64,000 nucleotides of DNA from Hyaloraphidium curvatum SAG 235-1 (Eukaryota; Fungi; Monoblepharomycota), in assembly GCA_025558095.1 (NCBI GenBank), contig JAIVFI010000031.1:186001-250000 (forward strand). Reading direction: 5' to 3'. The notes under the pieces were generated by a model that saw only the letters and a program-made list of their open reading frames with translations, was not told the DNA's origin and did no database searches. Both the position numbers and the translations under genes were made by a program. The stretch's first letter is position 1. Each line of letters begins with the position of its first letter. Shown in pieces: positions 14,087 through 25,330 of the stretch.

Positions 14087-17000
14087 TAGAATAGTATTGG
14101 TGACCCGGACCTGCCCCTGCGCTGGCTTGGCCGCTGTTACACCATCAGTTTGCTGCTAATTTGAAGTGTGTCATCGTGCATCTTTTTCATTTTCCCTGTT
14201 TTCTGTCCTTCATGGACTTTGAGATGAAGCTGGCAATGGAGTTGAGGGCCTTCTCCTTCTGCCGCCTCGCTTTGATCGTGGGCTCGAACTCCTTGATGCT
14301 AAGAGCCCAGAGCCAGGTCTCCATGTTCCACTCGCGGCCTAGTGCTTCCAATCTAGTCTGCAGCTTCTGGCGCCGCTCCGCATTTGCTGAACAGTGAAAC
14401 AGAAAGTGTTGTTCGTCTCCAATGTGCTCAGGGTCATGCTTGCACGTTCTCTGCTGCACCTCAAGTCCTTGGTGCCTGCCTGTCTCCACCTCCAGGTCGT
14501 GGGTAGAGCAGAGCAGCTTCTGGACGTCCCTCCGGTGCTTCTCCACCCGGATTAGGGATGGTCCGATGTGGCCAAAGGTCATGTCACACATCCTCCAAAA
14601 GTGCAGTTTGTCGTTGTCCTTGAGCCTCTGGGCATTGATCTCCCTGAACTTGCCCTTCACAAGATTCTCCACAGTCTCCTTGGCCCATGAAAGAGTGTCC
14701 TTCTCCCATGCCACATCTCCCTCCCCTCCTCTCCACCATAGTATACAAGTAGTTCCCCCCCCAGGAAGGCAGCCCAGTTCCAGCACCCCTTCAGTGCCTC
14801 GATCTTGAGCTCCTTGTAGAGCAGTTACAATGCAGGGTCAGCTGTTTTGATGCGCATGAGGAACTTGAGAGCCGACTCATGGTCATGAACTGCAAGAGGG
14901 TACTGGCCAGTGATCGCATACAGACAAGCCAAGGAGGTTGATTTGGGCTGATGAGGGACAGCACGAAGGGCCATGCATGTCACTTTGTCCCTGGTGCTTT
15001 CCCCGGCAAGGTACTCCTCCTTCGGCATCTCAACAATGAATGGGTTCCCATATTGGCCCACCGCCTTGACCTTCGTGTTGTAGAGCTTGAGCTGGACGTC
15101 AGGACTCATCCCAGCCTGCTCCCTGATGTCGCAGAGCCAGAGCCCATAAGCAGCATTCATCTTGGCCTCCCTGCCATGCACATGGTCCTTGCTCCGCCCA
15201 GTTGATGTGAGCTGGTACCCCAGAAGCTTGAAGCTGTCGACCCTCTTCAGCTCCTGGCCCCTGTACAGGAGCTTCAACGGTGGGGTATCCTCCTGGCCAT
15301 CCACTCTGTTTTGCTGACGTTGATCTCCAGCCCATTGGCATTGGCATATGCAGACAAAAGATCCAGCTGCATCTTGGCATCTTTCACCGTCTTCGAGATC
15401 AAAGTGGTGTTGTCTGCCAAGAACAAAGCCAGCAAGCTGACCATCCTTTATTTCCTGATCCTCCTCTTCCTCAAACACCATGCCCAGATCCATCCCTTTT
15501 GCACCATTGGCCTCCATGAAAGCAGTGATGTCGTTGATGAACAAGATGAAAAACAGCGATGAGAGGGTGGGGTTCCCCCTGCTTCACTCCAGTTAGGAAC
15601 TTGATGAAGTCCGACTTTGTGCCGTCCTCATCCCGGAGCCTTCCCCACACCGGACCCGCCCAAACGCCATCTCGAACATGTCAACAATCTGTTTGGGTGT
15701 GTACACCCATCTCCTCCAGCTTCTTCCACAACCTCGGGTGTTCCACCGTGTCAAAAGCCTTTGTGAATTCTACAAACACCATGATCAGCTTCTCCTTGCA
15801 TGCCTTGGCCAACGAGAAGAGTGCCTCAGCGAGAAACACTGCATGAAGGGTTGACCTCCGTGCCTGGAATCCAAACTGCGAGCCTTCCAGCAGCTTGTTG
15901 CACTCAGCCCAGGGAGCTAGCCGAGCGTTACAGACCAGCAGGGAAAAGACCTTCTCCAGCGTCCTCTCTATGCTGATGCCTCGGTAGTTGCCAGCCACGT
16001 TCTTGGGCCCCTTCTTGTGCAGCATCACCAGCAGTGTCTGGCCCCAGTCATCCATCTTGACGCCATTGAGCACGTCGTTGAGGAAGTTGACAACAGCTTG
16101 CTTCAGTACTGCAGTCCCGTACTTGACGAACTCGAGCCGGATCCCATCCTCATCCTTTGCCTTGCCGTTGGGGGCCTTCTTCAAGACCCTCTCCAGCTCC
16201 TTGAGGGTGATGGGGCGCAGCAGGTCTCCAGAAGGCGTGATCGTGGCCTTGGGAAGTGGTGGAAACGTGAGCCTTGGATCCTCCTCGATCTTGGTCACGT
16301 ACTCGGCGCTGGCGACCATCTCCATGTGGCGCACCAGCTCTGCAAAGGGCACGGGGTTGCCCTTGCGCCTTGCGTGAGCCTTTCCAAGCAGCTGGTAGTA
16401 CCCCTTAGGCTCTCGCCTGAAGAGTCGCTCTAGCAGCTTGGAGTTCTCTCGCTCAGCAACCCTCCGCATCCTCTTCTCCAACTTCTTCCGCTCCTTCTCC
16501 AGCTCCCGCGTCTTCCCCTGGTACTCCTTCTTCCACTCGTCTTTCTCCATGAGGGATCGCAGCTCAAGAAGGCGTGACAGCTTCCGATCGATCTCGACCC
16601 TCTCTGCCGAGTCCGCAAAGCCGTTGAGGAACTTGTCCGCCTCTTCGTGTACGCTGACCTTGTCGTACTTCTTCTTCGCGACCTTGTTCACCACTGCCAT
16701 GATCTGGATGAGCCGGTTGCACTTGTCGGATCCAGCTTGAAGTTGCTCGTACTCTTGCATTGCCTCCTTGACCCAGGGCTCATCGTAGAGGTTTCGCATT
16801 ATTGCGAGGAAGTGGAAGTCGCACGGCACGGGCTTGCAGTGCGGCTTGTTCTCTTTCGCAGCTGGTCGCACGAGGTTGGCCTTGATGGTCAGGCTCAGGG
16901 CCATGTGGTCTGAGGTGACGACCCAGCCTTCCTTCACAAATGCAAGCTGGGTGACCGTCCCGTAGCGGCTCTGCGGCACGATTGCGTAGTCCAAGGTGCT

Positions 17001-17249
17001 GTCCTGCTCGCCATCCTTTCCTGCGCGAGTTGTTGCCCCCGGCTCAAGGCGCCCATTCAGGATCACCAGCTCCTCCTCGTGGCACAGTGCAAGTAGCTGT
17101 TTCCTCCTCCGATCCGTGCGCTGCTCCGACCGGATTACACGCTTTCCGAAGCTCGTGCCACGCACGTCGCTGTTTGCCTCGCTTATCCCCACATGTGCGT
17201 TCAGGTCCCCGATCACGATCGGCATGTCGCACCCAGCCACAATCCCTGA
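14087..17249 (-). mobile_element. Non-LTR retrotransposon (LINE, APE+RT, possibly RTEX-like): 3' part of ORF2 and 3' tail, decayed
   Basis: APE C-half (IVIGDLNAHVG, STLDYAIV, TSDH), RT (NYRGISI, SQFGFQ, EFTKAFDTVEH, GVKQGEP), C-terminal LEVETGR...RTC...GDEQHFLFHC, and tail ...GGGTCACCAATACTATTCTA. Frameshifts are present. Clade assignment is tentative. Confidence 0.9.
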
Positions 17250-18539
17250 AACTCCAATCCAGCCACATCCACCCTGCCCCACCCCGCCCGCCGCTCGCGC
17301 ACTCTCTGGGTCGCAAGCGGCGGGGAAGCAGTGTCCGGGGACGTCGTGCTTTAGGGCTCTGGCCTTCTAGCGCGGCGCCGGCGTGGTGTGCGGACTGCGG
17401 AACCGGGGACGCGCTGACGGGACCGGCTGCCCTAACCGGTTCCCCAAGCGTGGCAGGCAACGTCGCGCGGGCGTCTGAGGAGCTCATTGTCCTCTGGAAG
17501 CTCGCGCGCGCTGCCCTGCGGGGCGGCTATGCTCTTCCCCAAGGGGCAACGCGTCTGTTTGGGCTCAAGCAACGTCGCGTGCCAAGAACGCGACGAGGCC
17601 CACCCTACCGCGTGCCTCACGTGCGCCGCTCAAGAAGTGCAACTACAGCCGCGTGGCTCTCTGGCTCTGGGCGCGGATATACCGGCACTTCGACGGGCAG
17701 TGTGCGGCAAACACGAGGTCGCGTCGCTCCCCGGACGCGGCCGCAAACATTCCAGCGGCCAAACGCGTGCGCTTTCTGGTGCGGAAGGACGCGAATGGAG
17801 CAAGCAGCTGCGTGGCTCAGTGGCCCTAAGCGAAGCTGACTGCCCGCGGACGTGCCTCATGAGGAGGGGTCGGCGACCCACAAACAACGGCACTCCGGGG
17901 ATTCCGGTCTCCGGACACGTATCCAGACGCGTGCGTCCTCTTGTGCGAGGGGGCGCGGACAGGTGCAGATTGCTACGCGGCTCACTGGCTCTGTGCGTGG
18001 CCATTTGCCACTGGTGTTCCTGTGCGGCGCCGGTGACGTGTGGTGACAACATCGAGGGGACTCTGGTCTCCAAATTAGCACCCTGACGCGTGCGCTTCTT
18101 CAGTGGGGGCCGCAAATGGGATCATAAATCTGCAGCGCGCTTCGGCGCAATCTGCCGTGGGTCCAGCTGGGGGGCAAGCGGCACCAAACAACCCGTGACG
18201 CGTATTGTCGCGTTGCACAAACACACAACTGCCCTATTGAGGGGCGAACCAAACCAAACTCTTCGGCTTGGGACCTAGATGAAGCTGCACGTTGGACATG
18301 CACCTGCTAGATGGGAAGGTCCCAACCCCAAACCGAAACCAAACTGCTCTTTACCTCTGGAAGGTTTTTCACCTTCGTGGGAAGGTTTTCATGCCAGCAA
18401 ACACACCGGGGACTGTGAACATCCTGTAGGCACATTGGAAAGCGGAGGCAGATAGGTCACCCTAGCTAAACTGATGGTGTAATAGCGGCCAAGCCAAGGG
18501 CAGGTCCGGGTCACCAATACCATTCCATTCCATTCCATT
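17250..18539 (+). mobile_element. Non-autonomous, SINE-like retroposon carrying the LINE 3' tail
   Basis: Flanked by TSD CCTGA (17245-17249 and 18540-18544). Ends with AAACTGATGGTGTAATAGCGGCCAAGCC..GGGCAGGTCCGGGTCACCAATA followed by CCATT repeats, matching the LINE tail. No credible ORF. Confidence 0.8.
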
Positions 18540-18555
18540 CCTGAGAACCTCGACC

Positions 18556-18771
18556 TGTTGCTGGCGATGGATGGATGTGTTTGGAGCCGTTGGATCGAGT
18601 TGGAGTTGGCCTTGGAGTTGGATGTTGGACTTGGATGGATGGGTGGATCTTGGCTAGACAATAACCTAGGAGGGCGGCTCTAAGAAAAGGGAGAATAACA
18701 CAACAAACACCAGGAACGCCACCTGCTTCATCCGCACCTGTCTCTGGGCGCCTGTGACCAAGGGTCTTTGA
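18556..18771 (+). repeat. Copia 5' LTR of element A (216 bp, TG...GA)
   Basis: Near-identical to 22593-22808 (minus), 25053-25268 and 31223-31438. Confidence 0.95.
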
Positions 18772-18785
18772 GATTAAGAGTCTCA
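18772..18785 (+). promoter_or_regulatory. Primer-binding site complementary to the anticodon arm of tRNA-Lys(CUU); second copy at 25269-25282
   Basis: GATTAAGAGTCTCA immediately follows the LTR and is the reverse complement of TGAGACTCTTAATC, nt 27-40 of a typical eukaryotic tRNA-Lys(CUU). Confidence 0.75.
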
Positions 18786-18833
18786 CCTGCTCTGACACGT
18801 ACCTGCTACCCCTGGAAGCCCGCCCGCGACAGG

Positions 18834-20138
18834 ATGACAGCCAATGATGCCGACAAGCCCATCCTGCTCAACACCGGTGATAACATGGTCCAGTGGGACC
18901 GCAAGGCCCCCATCTACCTCAACAAGCTCGGGGTGTACGAGTACGTCGTCAACAACGTCCTCAGCCTCGACTGGCAGCTCGAGCAGGCTCGCAAGCGGGC
19001 CGCTGAGCGCGGCAACGCTCCAGGGCTGACCGACCGGCAGAGGGATGCCATCCTTATCGAGGAAGAGAAGGCCGCGCACGCGACCCTCACGGAACACAAG
19101 TTCAGGACGACGGCCGAAAAGGCCTACGGCGAGCTCATGTTGATGCTCGACGACGTCCTCCAGGAAGCATTCGACGAGCCCAAGACGGCCTACGACCTCT
19201 GGATCGCGATTCACAAGAAGTTCAAGGTTGGAAAGGCGCGCCTGGTACACGCGTCCCAGGTCCGCGTAAACAAGTGGCAGTGGGACGCTTCAAAGACTGT
19301 GGACCAGAACTTCAACGAGCTGCTCAGCATCAAGTCAGAGAGGGCTGCGCACAAGAAACCGCTCTCAGACTACGACGTGGCCCTGATGGTGACATTCACC
19401 GAAGGTTTTCCGTTCGCGGAGCTCCAAGGATTCTGGGGCCGAATCATTGACGAGGACGGACACTTCGACCAAGATGGCAAGAGCGAGAGTATAACGTTCT
19501 CGTTCAATGGCATGCGGGATGCGGCTAACACGGCCCAAGGAAACAAGAAACCGGATGCACCTGTCAAGATGACAGTCCCGGCGACGCTCCCGCCCCCTGC
19601 TGGATTTGGCCCCGGTTTCGCTGCCTATCAGCCGCACCAACAAGTTCCCCGTGGTGGTGGCAACCCCAGTCGGCCTCCGCAGCGCCCCTGTAACGAGCAC
19701 GGTCGCTACGCTCCGTACCCCAGCTACAGGCCGAGCGGCATGGCTCCTATCCAAGGCCAGGGCCATGATCCTCGGATGCGCGGCCGCGGGTTGGCACGTG
19801 GCGGAGGCCGCGGCTACTACCCCGCACCGAGGCCGATGGGCGGCCCAAGCTACCGCCCGGCTGGCGCTGCCGTTTGGAGGCCGGCTCCGGTGACCAGTGA
19901 GATCACCTGCCGCGAATGCGGCAAGCCGGGACACGTGGCATCGGCGTGCCCCGACAAGAAGTGCCACAATTGCAACGGCAAGGGGCACGTACAGCGCGAG
20001 TGCCCGTCACCGCCCCAGCAGCCGTACGCCATGCTGGCAGATGCCCAGATGGAACACAGCGAGGGTGAGAATCGGGGGGGGATCCTGGGCCGAGGTGCCC
20101 GCACCGCGAAGGGGCTGCGGTGCTCGGCGCTTGGTTGA
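18834..20138 (+). CDS. gag: Copia Gag of element A (unspliced form)
   Basis: MTANDADK...KAYGELML...KTAYDLWIAIHKKF, an RG/P-rich region, and two CCHC knuckles (CRECGKPGHVASAC, CHNCNGKGHVQREC). Confidence 0.9.
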   Translation: MTANDADKPILLNTGDNMVQWDRKAPIYLNKLGVYEYVVNNVLSLDWQLEQARKRAAERGNAPGLTDRQRDAILIEEEKAAHATLTEHKFRTTAEKAYGELMLMLDDVLQEAFDEPKTAYDLWIAIHKKFKVGKARLVHASQVRVNKWQWDASKTVDQNFNELLSIKSERAAHKKPLSDYDVALMVTFTEGFPFAELQGFWGRIIDEDGHFDQDGKSESITFSFNGMRDAANTAQGNKKPDAPVKMTVPATLPPPAGFGPGFAAYQPHQQVPRGGGNPSRPPQRPCNEHGRYAPYPSYRPSGMAPIQGQGHDPRMRGRGLARGGGRGYYPAPRPMGGPSYRPAGAAVWRPAPVTSEITCRECGKPGHVASACPDKKCHNCNGKGHVQRECPSPPQQPYAMLADAQMEHSEGENRGGILGRGARTAKGLRCSALG

Positions 20139-20651
20139 AAAGGAGGGCCGCGGGCTCCGCGTCGCGAAGGGCCGAGGGCCAGACGCTTGAAGAAGAGGGC
20201 CGCGGGCTCTGCGTCACGAAGGGCCGAGGGCCAGACGCTTGAAGAAGAGGGCCGCGGGCCCCGCGTCGCGAAGGGCCGAGGGCCAGACGCTTGAAGAAGA
20301 GCGCCGCGAAGGGGCCGCGGGCCCGGCGTGTGGAGTGTGGGCCGCGGGCCCGGCGTCGCGAAGGGGCCCGTGTGCCCAGTGCCTGAGGCCGCGGTTGCCT
20401 GCCAGGAGGGGCCGCGGGCCCAGCGCTAGGTGTGGAGTTTGAGTGCGAGAAGTGACGGGACGCTGGGCACATCACCAGCCGCCGACGCGGGGGACCAGCG
20501 TCGGTGGCTGGTCGCGCACGAAACCTCGCACCCTCGTCCCATTTGATGCTGATCATCTTTCTCATCTTTCTCCTCCTTTCTCCTCTCGCCCATACTTGGT
20601 GCCATGCCTGCTCTTCCCTCCGATGCCGTTTCTTTTTGTTCATCCGGTAAG
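20065..20651 (+). other. Predicted spliceosomal intron in the copia gag-pol junction; second copy at 26167-26753
   Basis: Donor GAGG|GTGAGA, branch-like GCTGAT at ~20548, a ~100 nt AG-free pyrimidine tract, and acceptor TAAG|AT. The phase-1 junction restores the pol frame. Confidence 0.7.
20135..20300 (+). repeat. 52-bp tandem repeat (~3.2 copies) inside the predicted copia intron; second copy at 26237-26402
   Basis: Units TTGAAGAAGAGGGCCGCGGGC...GGCCAGACGC start at 20135, 20187, 20239 and 20291. Confidence 0.9.
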
Positions 20652-20899
20652 ATGGCAGTGCCGCGAACGAAGGTAACTCACCCGCCCCGCACCCCGATCG
20701 CTCTTCATCGCAGCATTGCCTGACAGCCTTTGGCTTCCTGGGATACGGCTCGATGCATGGTGACAGTGAGGGAGCCGATTTTGGCTATGTCGGCTACGAC
20801 CAAGAGTCCGGCGGCGGAGTGACTTACGGCGACGCCTTCGGAGCGACCTACGGCGACGGCTTCGACAACTGACTACGTAGCGGCGGGGAGGCCGCTGCG

Positions 20900-22592
20900 A
20901 TGCCGACCGTGACGGCCAACGCCGTTTCGGGGGAGGACATCGACGGCGGCATGGTACAAGCTCAACACGCTCGCGCGTACATCAACCATATTCGAGCCAA
21001 CAACTGTGATTCCTTCTTCGATTCTGGCGCGAGCCGCAACTCTACCAATACCCTAAGCGACCTGACCAAACTCTACTCGATACCCAAGTTCGTTGTGCAT
21101 GGACTTACGGGGCCCGTGGAGGTGTCACAGGCTGGCACCATGTACGTGCGTTTTCGCACGAGCGGACCCGTTGTTCGGCTTGACAACGTTCTTTTCATGC
21201 CGAGCACACCGTGCCGCCTGTTTTCGGAAACGGCATTGGCCGCCGCCGGCGTTCGATCCAGGAACTGCTACCTGGCTGACAAGGAGATGCAGAAACAGCT
21301 ATACCTCGTGGACGGCACGGAGCTGTGCGTTCTTCCTCAGCAAAACGGCGTATTCCCGATGCCGATCGAGGTCGTCAAACCGGGGTCAACGTCGCAGGCC
21401 ATGTGGGGACTCACCGACGCAGATTTGATCCGACTGCGAGGGGTACGCATGTCACGCCTCTACGATCGCCACCTGTGGCATGCCCGATGTGCGCACGCTC
21501 ACATTGAGCGCATCCGGATAGCGCAGAGGTCGGGTGCGGTGCTTGGCCTTGAGAACGTCGATCTGGGCCCCGAGTCGGAGGTTATCGAGTGCGATGTCTG
21601 CCTGCACGCGAAGCTGACGACCGCGCCGTTCCGCCCCTCGATGCGTGAGCACGTCAAGGACGTCATGGATCTCTGGCACGTTGATCTCAAGGGCCCGGTC
21701 GATATCACTTCCGTGCACGGCGACCGCTACTGGATGGACGTCAAGGACGAGTGGTCGCAGCAGCTTTGGTCGATCCCCCTGAAGACCAAGGACGAAGCAG
21801 CACCTCTCCTTCAACACCTCATCGTGTGGGCCGAGACGCAGACTGGGAAACGCCTCAAGCACCTCCAGTCTGACCAGGGTACCGAGCTCGGGCGGTGGAA
21901 CGCGCGGGAGCTGGGCTGGTTCCAGACCTGGTTACGTGAACGAGGCACTCACTTCCGGGTCTCCATACCCAATACGCCTCAACAGAACGCGGTACCCGAA
22001 CGCGAGCATCGTTCCCAGGTCGAGGGGGTACTTGCGCTCTGCATCCAGGCTGACGTCGAGAAGCGTTTCTGGAACTATGCCCTCGCATACAAGACTGAGG
22101 TCCGCAACATGCTCCCAACGGTGAAGACGATGCAACGGGGCGCAAACGGAACGGTTACCACGCCGCATGAGCTATGGACAGGGACTAAACCCGACCTGTC
22201 ACGCCTCCGCACGTTCGGGTCGGAGTGCTGGTACGGTATCCTCCCCAGCCAGCGCAAGGCTCTGGACGACCGTGCACACCGTGCGATCTTCCTCGGTTTC
22301 CCGAAGCACCTGAAGGCGTACACCTTGCTGGATCTCACCACAGGCAAGATCGTCCATGCACGATCAGTGGTCTTCAACGAGCGCTATTCTAAACGTTCGC
22401 CCGGCTCCTTCCGCGACATTGATGCGCTGGGCAAGCATCGCCCTTTTGCTCTCGTACCTCCCCGCCTTCCTCATCGGCTCTCAAAGCCGGCGGATGCGGC
22501 AGTCGACGAAGACAGCGATGACGATCAGCGGACACCACCAAGGGATGCGGGGACGGGACTTCAGGAACCTGCTCAGCGCAATGAGGCAGGAG
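20900..22592 (+). pseudogene. pol: Copia pol 5' half (protease and integrase) of element A, interrupted
   Basis: FFDSGAS protease, LWHARCAH...CDVC, and integrase HVDLKG/SDQGTE/PQQNAVPERE. Cut at AGGAG by an inverted LTR. Confidence 0.92.
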
Positions 22593-22808
22593 TCAAAGAC
22601 CCCTGGTCACAGGCGCCCAGAGACAGGTGCGGATGAAGCAGGTGGCGTTCCTGGTGTTTGTTGTGTTATTCTCCCTTTTCTTAGAGCCGCCCTCCTAGGT
22701 TATTGTCTAGCCAAGATCCACCCATCCATCCAAGTCCAACATCCAACTCCAAGGCCAACTCCAACTCGATCCAACGGCTCCAAACACATCCATCCATCGC
22801 CAGCAACA
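22593..22808 (-). repeat. Copia LTR, inverted (B-type allele), with polypurine tract at 22809-22819
   Basis: Reverse complement of the 216-bp LTR; followed by CTCCCCCATTT. Confidence 0.95.
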
Positions 22809-23071
22809 CTCCCCCATTTGGAGGCGAGTGGATCGAGTGGAGTCCCCCACCGCATGCTCCTCCACGCCCCGGGATTGAGCTCCTTGGGCTGCCTAGGCCA
22901 GGCTCCCTGATGACACCTCCCCCCAAGACCGGGCGATCCAATCGCCGTACAAAAAGCTCCCCCAGAGACCATACATGCAAAGAAAGTACAAGAAACAATA
23001 CAATCCAGAGGTACACGTAGGGGAGACTCCCCCAGAAGCCAAGGAACGTCTGCCCGCTAGCCTCAGGCTCA

Positions 23072-25052
23072 TCACGGGCAGAGATTCCCGGCAGGGTCCG
23101 GCTCGCAGAGAACGCTGGCCTCAGCCGAACCCGTATCAAGGTCAACAACACCAATGCGCGCACGGAAAAGTTCAAAAAGGGCCGGAGCTAGAGGCTTGGT
23201 AAAGCCGTCCCCAAGGTTGTCGTCTGACACCACCCGTGCAGTCTCAATCGTTCCATTTTGCACAGTGTCGCAAACCAGGTGGTACTTGATATCGATGTGC
23301 TTCGTCCGCTCGTGAAACTTAGGATCACGAGCGAGTTGTTCAGCAGACATGTTGTCCTCGAAAAGTCGCGTAGGTGTCGTCCACGCAAAGCCAAGTTCCT
23401 GCAGGATGGAGCGCAGCCAGAGAATGTTGCGAACTGCATGCGCCATAGCAACATACTCGGCTTCCGTAGTAGACTGTGCAACGATGGATTGCCGCTTGGT
23501 CAGCCAAGCAATACTGGAAGCACCCATGAGGATGACGAGACCCGTGGTCGACTTGCGGGTCATCACACAGCCAGCAAAATCGGCATCTGCATAAGCACAG
23601 AGATCCAAGCAATCGCCAGACGCAGGACGACGGCCAAGAACAAGTCCATAGGTACGGGTGCGGCGGAGGTAGCGTAAGACATCTCGAAGCACCTTGATGT
23701 GAAGAGGTCCGAAGCTGTTGGCAAAGCGAGAAAGAAAGATCACGGCAAAGGCAATATCTGGCCGTGTCGTGATGGCGATCCAAAGTAGAGATCCAACCAG
23801 GCCCTTGTAGTTGAAACTTTTGACGTCGTCTTGGATCTTCGTCGGCAGGCTGTCAAACACCGCGGGATCAAATGGGCGCAGCGTCTGGAGTGCATCCGGT
23901 CGCATCGGCGTGAGAGCAGACTTCGTCTCCTTGCTGGGAACATCACGCGTGAATCCAAACTCGCGGAGGACGCGGTCGATGTACGCCGTCTGCGACAACG
24001 AGATTGTACCGGTGCCGGTGTCGCGACGGATGTGCACGCCCAAGCAGTAAGTGACAGAGCCCAGCGAGTTGATGTTGAAATGCTGCTTGAGGCTGCCAAA
24101 CAACTCGTCAATCTCCAGTTGTGAGGTGGCAGCAACCAGCAAGTCGTCGACGTAGACAAAGATGATCATAATGCGGCCGGCCGTGAAGCGCACGTAGAGA
24201 CAGCTCTCGGAGGCCAGCTTCACGAATCCAGCCTGGCGGAGGAAATGATCAAGCATTGCAAGGAACAAGCGCATCGCTTGCCGTAATCCATAGAGACTCT
24301 TTAGCAGGCGAAGCACCGTGCGCGAGGAAGACTCCTTGAGGAACCGCCAACCCGGAGGCGGTCTGATGTAGACAGTGTAGTCCAGTGGAGCATGCAGAAA
24401 CGCCGTCTTGATGTCCCAGTGATCACAGAGGAGTCCCAGCGTGGCAACAAGAAGGAGGAAGAGGCGGAAGACAACTTGGTTAGGAACGGCAGCGAACGTA
24501 TCGTAGTACGTTTGCTCGGACTGGCGGTTTCCGTCCGCCACCAAGCGTGCCTTGAAGCGCGTAACGTTGTTGTTCTGGTCCTTCTTGACGTCGTAGACGT
24601 AGTGCGAGGGCACCACCTTGTCCTCGTCACCAGCGGGTAGTTCCGTCTCCTCGACCACACCCATCTCAAGAATAGACTTGTTCTCCTCCTGCCGCGCTTC
24701 CTCCCACTGAGCCGCATGCGGTGACCTCTGCGATTCGTTGTATGTGCGCGGAACGGTGACATCGTGCACCGACAGCAGGGTCACCGGGCTCGTGTCTGGG
24801 TCAGGGGCGCTGGCACCTGGTATGCACCACATCTCGAAGGCTGGGAAGCGGAAGGAAGGAGAGCACGTCAGCGGAGTGGCGATCATGGCGTAGGGCATGA
24901 TGAGAGGGTCTGGCAGACCATCATCAGGTCCAGCGAGGGGATGCGGCGCAGCACCCAGCTCATCGCCATCACCAGCGTCCGTTGCCTCCTGCTCCACGTC
25001 GAGCGGGTACTCAATCTCTTCCTCAAGAAGCTCCCACTCGTACGCCTCTCCT
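23072..25052 (-). pseudogene. pol: Copia pol 3' half (RT and RNase H), inverted
   Basis: RFKARLVADG, LLKSLYGLRQ, YVDD, YADADFA and KHIDIKYH; near-identical to 28690-30670. Confidence 0.93.
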
Positions 25053-25268
25053 TGTTGCTGGCGATGGATGGATGTGTTTGGAGCCGTTGGATCGAGTTGG
25101 AGTTGGCCTTGGAGTTGGATGTTGGACTTGGATGGATGGGTGGATCTTGGCTAGACAATAACCTAGGAGGGCGGCTCTAAGAAAAGGGAGAATAACACAA
25201 CAAACACCAGGAACGCCACCTGCTTCATCCGCACCTGTCTCTGGGCGCCTGTGACCAGGGGTCTTTGA
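25053..25268 (+). repeat. Copia 5' LTR of element B
   Basis: 216-bp LTR followed by the primer-binding site; shares the GTGACCAGGGGTC allele with the LTR at 22593. Confidence 0.95.
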
Positions 25269-25330
25269 GATTAAGAGTCTCACCTGCTCTGACACGTACC
25301 TGCTACCCCTGGAAGCCCGCCCGCGACAGG

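Noticed and set aside
20135-20300. Tandem arrays here and at 34470-34830 as possible CRISPR arrays
   Set aside because: No unique spacers, no cas genes, and the context is eukaryotic.
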